A stretch of 64,000 nucleotides of DNA from Takakia lepidozioides (lineage: Eukaryota; Plantae; Bryophyta): assembly GCA_030704615.1 (NCBI GenBank), contig CM060732.1, forward strand, positions 38,006,001 to 38,070,000. Reading direction: 5' to 3'. Shown in pieces: positions 60,277-64,000 of the stretch. Position 1 is the stretch's first letter, and each line of letters starts with the position of its first letter. The notes below the pieces were generated by a model. It worked only from the letters and a program-made list of their open reading frames with translations. It did not search any database and was not told the DNA's origin. The translations under genes and the position numbers were made by a program.

Positions 60277-61443
60277 ATTGTGTGACAAAGCCTTGATAGA
60301 CCACCGCACTACTTCTCGGGATCATCCTGAGGCCGATGGCTTGGCAGAGAGGGTTGTTCAGACAGTGAAGAGGGGTTTGCGCAAGTATGGCTTGCAGAAG
60401 GGACACCTAGGAGATTGGGACCTTCAGATGCCCTGGTTAGCCACGGGCTACAGGTTTAGCAAGCAAGCATCACTTGCCTCGTTCTCACCTTATTTCCTTC
60501 TCTTTGGCCGAGAGCCAGACTTGCCTACATCTATTCGCAGGGAGGCTGCAATAGTCCTCAATCTTGACGATCCGGACGTGTGGGCACGTGCATGTGGTCA
60601 ACGCGCGGAGTTGTTTAAGAAAGTCATGCCCATGGCTTTTGAGAACCTTGCCATTGGACAACATCGTGATACGTTGAGGTATGCTACCATACGTGGTGGG
60701 GGCTATCGTCCTGGGGTTCGGAGATTTCACCCTGGTGACTATGTTTATCTGCAGCAAACTGCTCCAACGACCCTGGATGTAACTGCAGGACGTGTTATTT
60801 TGAGGGTTCGAGAGATATTGCCCTCAGGCGTCTTGATCTTGGAGGGTCGGGATGGCATGACTTGGAAGGACCATATGCGTAATTGCGCGCCATGTCACCT
60901 TCCGAATGTCGATGGCAGGATTGACCCAAACCTGGCAGTGGTACCTGCAAGTTTGAGGTGCATGTTATGTGGGTCTGCTAGAGGGGCAACCACAATGCTG
61001 GTGTGTGATCAATGCTCTAGAGGTTGGCATATGGGATGCTTGACTCTACCTCTTGAGATGGTTCCTGATGGGGATTGGTTATGTCCGCATTGCATTGGAT
61101 AGTGGGAGTGGATACGACCATGGAAGGCTAACAAGAAATACAATGCCAAGCTACTAGGAGACCAACACACGAGATCCTGGCTCAAGTTCACAGATTGCAA
61201 GACGACGACTAACGATGGGCTGCTTTTGTACCCGGCCTCTTGGTCTATAGAGTTTGAGTACAATAGGGACAGTGATAGAAGACTTAGTACGGCTGTGGCT
61301 ATTACATCTTGTAGCTATCTGGAGTTAGAGGGACCTAACCACCAGCTAGGGGGGCGATTGTGGCAGACTATTTTATTGTGCATATATGTGTGGTGTGGTT
61401 TGGACAGCGATGTAGTTGTGTAGCGATATGCATGCGCACGACA
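60277..61443 (+). mobile_element. PHD-integrase Gypsy copy 2 (5'-truncated; ORF 60278-61102, PPT, 85-bp terminal module)
   Basis: Collinear with 805-1974 and carries the same PHD finger; ends ...GCGCACGACA at 61443. Confidence 0.93.
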
Positions 61444-61465
61444 ACGATCGCATACTGAACTCTAA

Positions 61466-62216
61466 GCTCTGATACCAAGTGTCGCGCACCTCACTTCGGT
61501 AAGCCCCCCCTTCAAGTCATAGTTACTCGCTTTGGTGCGCGCGCCTAACTCCCTAACTGGCCGCCGGGCCAACTCGGAGCTTCGGCTGCTCACCGGGACA
61601 TAACGGTCCCCCTTTACTCCTCCACAAGACCCTCTCCCAATTTGGGCCTAGTGGAAATTCCCTTTGGTCGATGGCAGTCCGGAATAGCTCCCCACACCTT
61701 GGTCGCTTTCCGGCTCGCACGCTTACTCACTAGTTTTTGGTCACCAACGGGCTTGCACCGTTCTCGGGGTTACTACTCCCTATATATACTTCTGTGACTG
61801 TCCATGGGGGTTTCACAAACAACACCACCATTTTATGGCGAACCACCACGAAAACCCTCGATTCCCGGTGATGAGTCGCAGTGAGTCTTGGCCCACCCAC
61901 CACAATCCCCTTGGACCGTTATGAGTCCCAAGACTCCCCACGACTCCCACCACAAGGTCTTCGCCCCCATGGTGAGTCTTATGCCACCCCCACTAAGTCC
62001 CACTAAGTCCCACTAAGCTACCACCACCCCTCGTGGAACCACCCCCACCGCAACCCGGTGTGTGGGGCTCCACCTAGTGAGCGCCTCCGCCTCCTTGAGT
62101 GCCTTGGGCACTCAAGGGTGCTTCAGCCCCCGCATCTATTGTTGTCGCTGCCCCCACCACAGGGGCAGCCCCTCTCGTTTCCCGACCCCCTGCCCTCAAG
62201 GCAAAGGGCCGCGACA
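61466..62216 (-). mobile_element. 5' LTR (61480-62216) with tRNA-iMet primer binding site (61466-61477)
   Basis: Minus strand reads ...GGTGCGCGACA-CT-TGGTATCAGAGC; same family as the solo LTR at 41759. Confidence 0.93.
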
Positions 62217-63433
62217 TGTATACTGAGAACAGATTTCTACCAATGCCTGGTACATGCATGACATTCTCAAGAACCGCTGTCTCCCAGCTCTATCCATTGA
62301 ATGTGCGAATGTTTATATCGCCAATGCCATAAACAAAAAGGTGAGTACCACCAATACCTTGAACATGCCTCCGATCCGCTGAAACATCCTTGTATTTGAC
62401 AAACCAGTATTGTTTGTCTGTCATGTGGTCCGTGCAGCCGCTGTCTGCAATCCAAGATTCACAGTTGGTGTTGGGAGATCCACTAACGCCATGTATGCTC
62501 TATGCGAATTCTTGGAATCTTTTGCAGATGTTGATGCAAGCTTCTTGCTATCTCCATCTGGACATTCCCTGGCCCAGCACTTCCCGACTTACCACATTTC
62601 CGACACTCTATATACTTCTTCTTATCATTGATCTCTTTGCGGCGCTGTTGACGTTGCTCATACGTCATTTTGGACCGATCTGCTTTGGTCTTCCTTTTGG
62701 CGTTTGCGATGTAAGCTGCAGCTGGCAAGCTCTACAGCTCCTTTTCTTGGATGTCCTTGATACGCATCTCCTCTCGAACCAAGCGAATCAACAAGTTGTT
62801 CAGAGTCTTCTCTACAACGGCCGTGTTGTCCCAAGATCAGTGAAAATGACTGTAGCAGTCCCGAATGTTTCCAAGAACCTTGGCGATGACGTTAGTGTCT
62901 GCAATACTAGTGTCACCTAAACGAGACAATTGACTCTTGATCAATTCGGCCTTGCTAATGAATGACGCTATAGTATCACTGCTCTCGAACTTACACTGGT
63001 AGAACTTGACCTGAAGATCATGAATGTTATCGTTCGCTCTCTAATCGTGCACCGTTTTAAGCAAGTCCCAAATGCCCTTAGACGATGTACATCCACTCAC
63101 AAGATCAAGAATAGTGTCATCGACAGTAGTGCAAGGCAAAGAGGTAGCTTGACCATCTTTCTTTGTCCACTCTACTCTCTCAGTTGCCTGTGCTTCTGAC
63201 GGTTTGACGTCTGTGCCGTCTACTACTCCCATAAGGTCTCTCCCTAAGAATAGTGCTCTCATCTGGAAGCTCCATAGGTGAAAGTTCTGTCCGTTGAACT
63301 TCTTGATGGCAGCTGTCTCTCGACTAGAATCCATAACGAACAAGATACAGGTAAAGAACAGAGCTATGGTACTACATGACACTCTCTGACAACAGACGCA
63401 GCTTAAATAAAGCGAGAAATAAGGCCCATAACC
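62217..63433 (-). mobile_element. Ty1/Copia 5' part: PBS, gag, degenerate zinc knuckle, protease
   Basis: PBS GGTTATGGGCC (63423-63433); KFNGQNFHLWSFQM (gag N-terminus); CRKCGK; WIADSGCTDHM; VPGIGRNLFSV, cut at the LTR insertion. Confidence 0.9.
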
Positions 63434-63589
63434 TATTAAAAGCAGACAAAATACTCAGGGGCGTTGATTAAACTGATTGAACTTATTGATTTGAGATGCT
63501 TAGAACCACTTTATTGAACTAGGTGAATCTATTGAATGATGATAGGTATTTTGGCCACTCCTTTGCTAAAACAAAGTATTTAGGCACTG

Positions 63590-64000
63590 GGGTAGGAACC
63601 GTTGGCCCTTCCATTAGAGGTGACTTGAACTCAAGCACTCGGTGAAGGAGAGGCATTGGGAGAGGAAGATTTTCCCTTTTCTTCCTAGGCTCGGAAGGTG
63701 CTTGTGAAGGGATTAAAACATGCTATAAGCGGTTCGGGGGCCTATGCAATAGGAATTAGACAATAAAACACAAAGACTTGGAAGACAGTTACCGAGTAGA
63801 TTGTAGGATACCGTAGGACTTAGAAACGCAAACTCGCCTTGTGAAGAGGAGTATGTGACTTCTCTTTGCCGGTAGGACTTAGATACTGATCATAGCTATC
63901 ATGTACGACCACGGACCCCCTGCACTAACCGCAGTCGGGTAGGCAGTTCAGTGAGCCCAACCTACACCGCAACTTATCACGGACCTCCTAGACTAATATG
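63590..64000. mobile_element. LTR-like fragment related to ~37900-38341, running off the window
   Basis: Shared blocks GAAACGCAAA, CCCCTGCACT.ACCGCAG and GAGCCCAACCTACAC.GCAACTT. Confidence 0.6.

Noticed and set aside
28938-62216. The 28938 and 61480 LTRs as the two ends of one element
   Set aside because: They are in opposite orientation, and the 41759 copy has its own TSD.
1-64000. tRNA or rRNA genes
   Set aside because: None recognised; only tRNA-complementary primer binding sites are present.

Overview
A transposon-dense eukaryotic window, most likely from a non-seed land plant (inferred from the TE lineages and short GT-AG introns). The only host-like genes are a head-to-head pair of highly diverged double-AP2-domain genes (18293-20633 minus; 21543-24748 plus), each keeping the 9-nt VYL-type microexon. 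The rest is nested mobile DNA. It includes two Ty3/Gypsy copies whose integrase ends in a PHD finger, with an odd 85-bp LTR module; a near full-length degenerate L1 LINE; Copia remnants; a Gypsy RT-RNaseH fragment; and a GC-rich LTR family (solo LTR with TSD, 5' LTR with Met PBS, one fragment). There is also a TTAA-flanked piggyBac-like MITE, two Mutator-type DDE transposase genes (GCM/WRKY-like N-terminal zinc module, C-terminal SWIM), a possible ParB/Srx-like gene, and two CACTA TnpA-like genes with matching right ends, one carrying an FCP1/NIF phosphatase domain. Several palindrome-rich tandem arrays are present. All calls come from reading motifs by eye; no searches were run.
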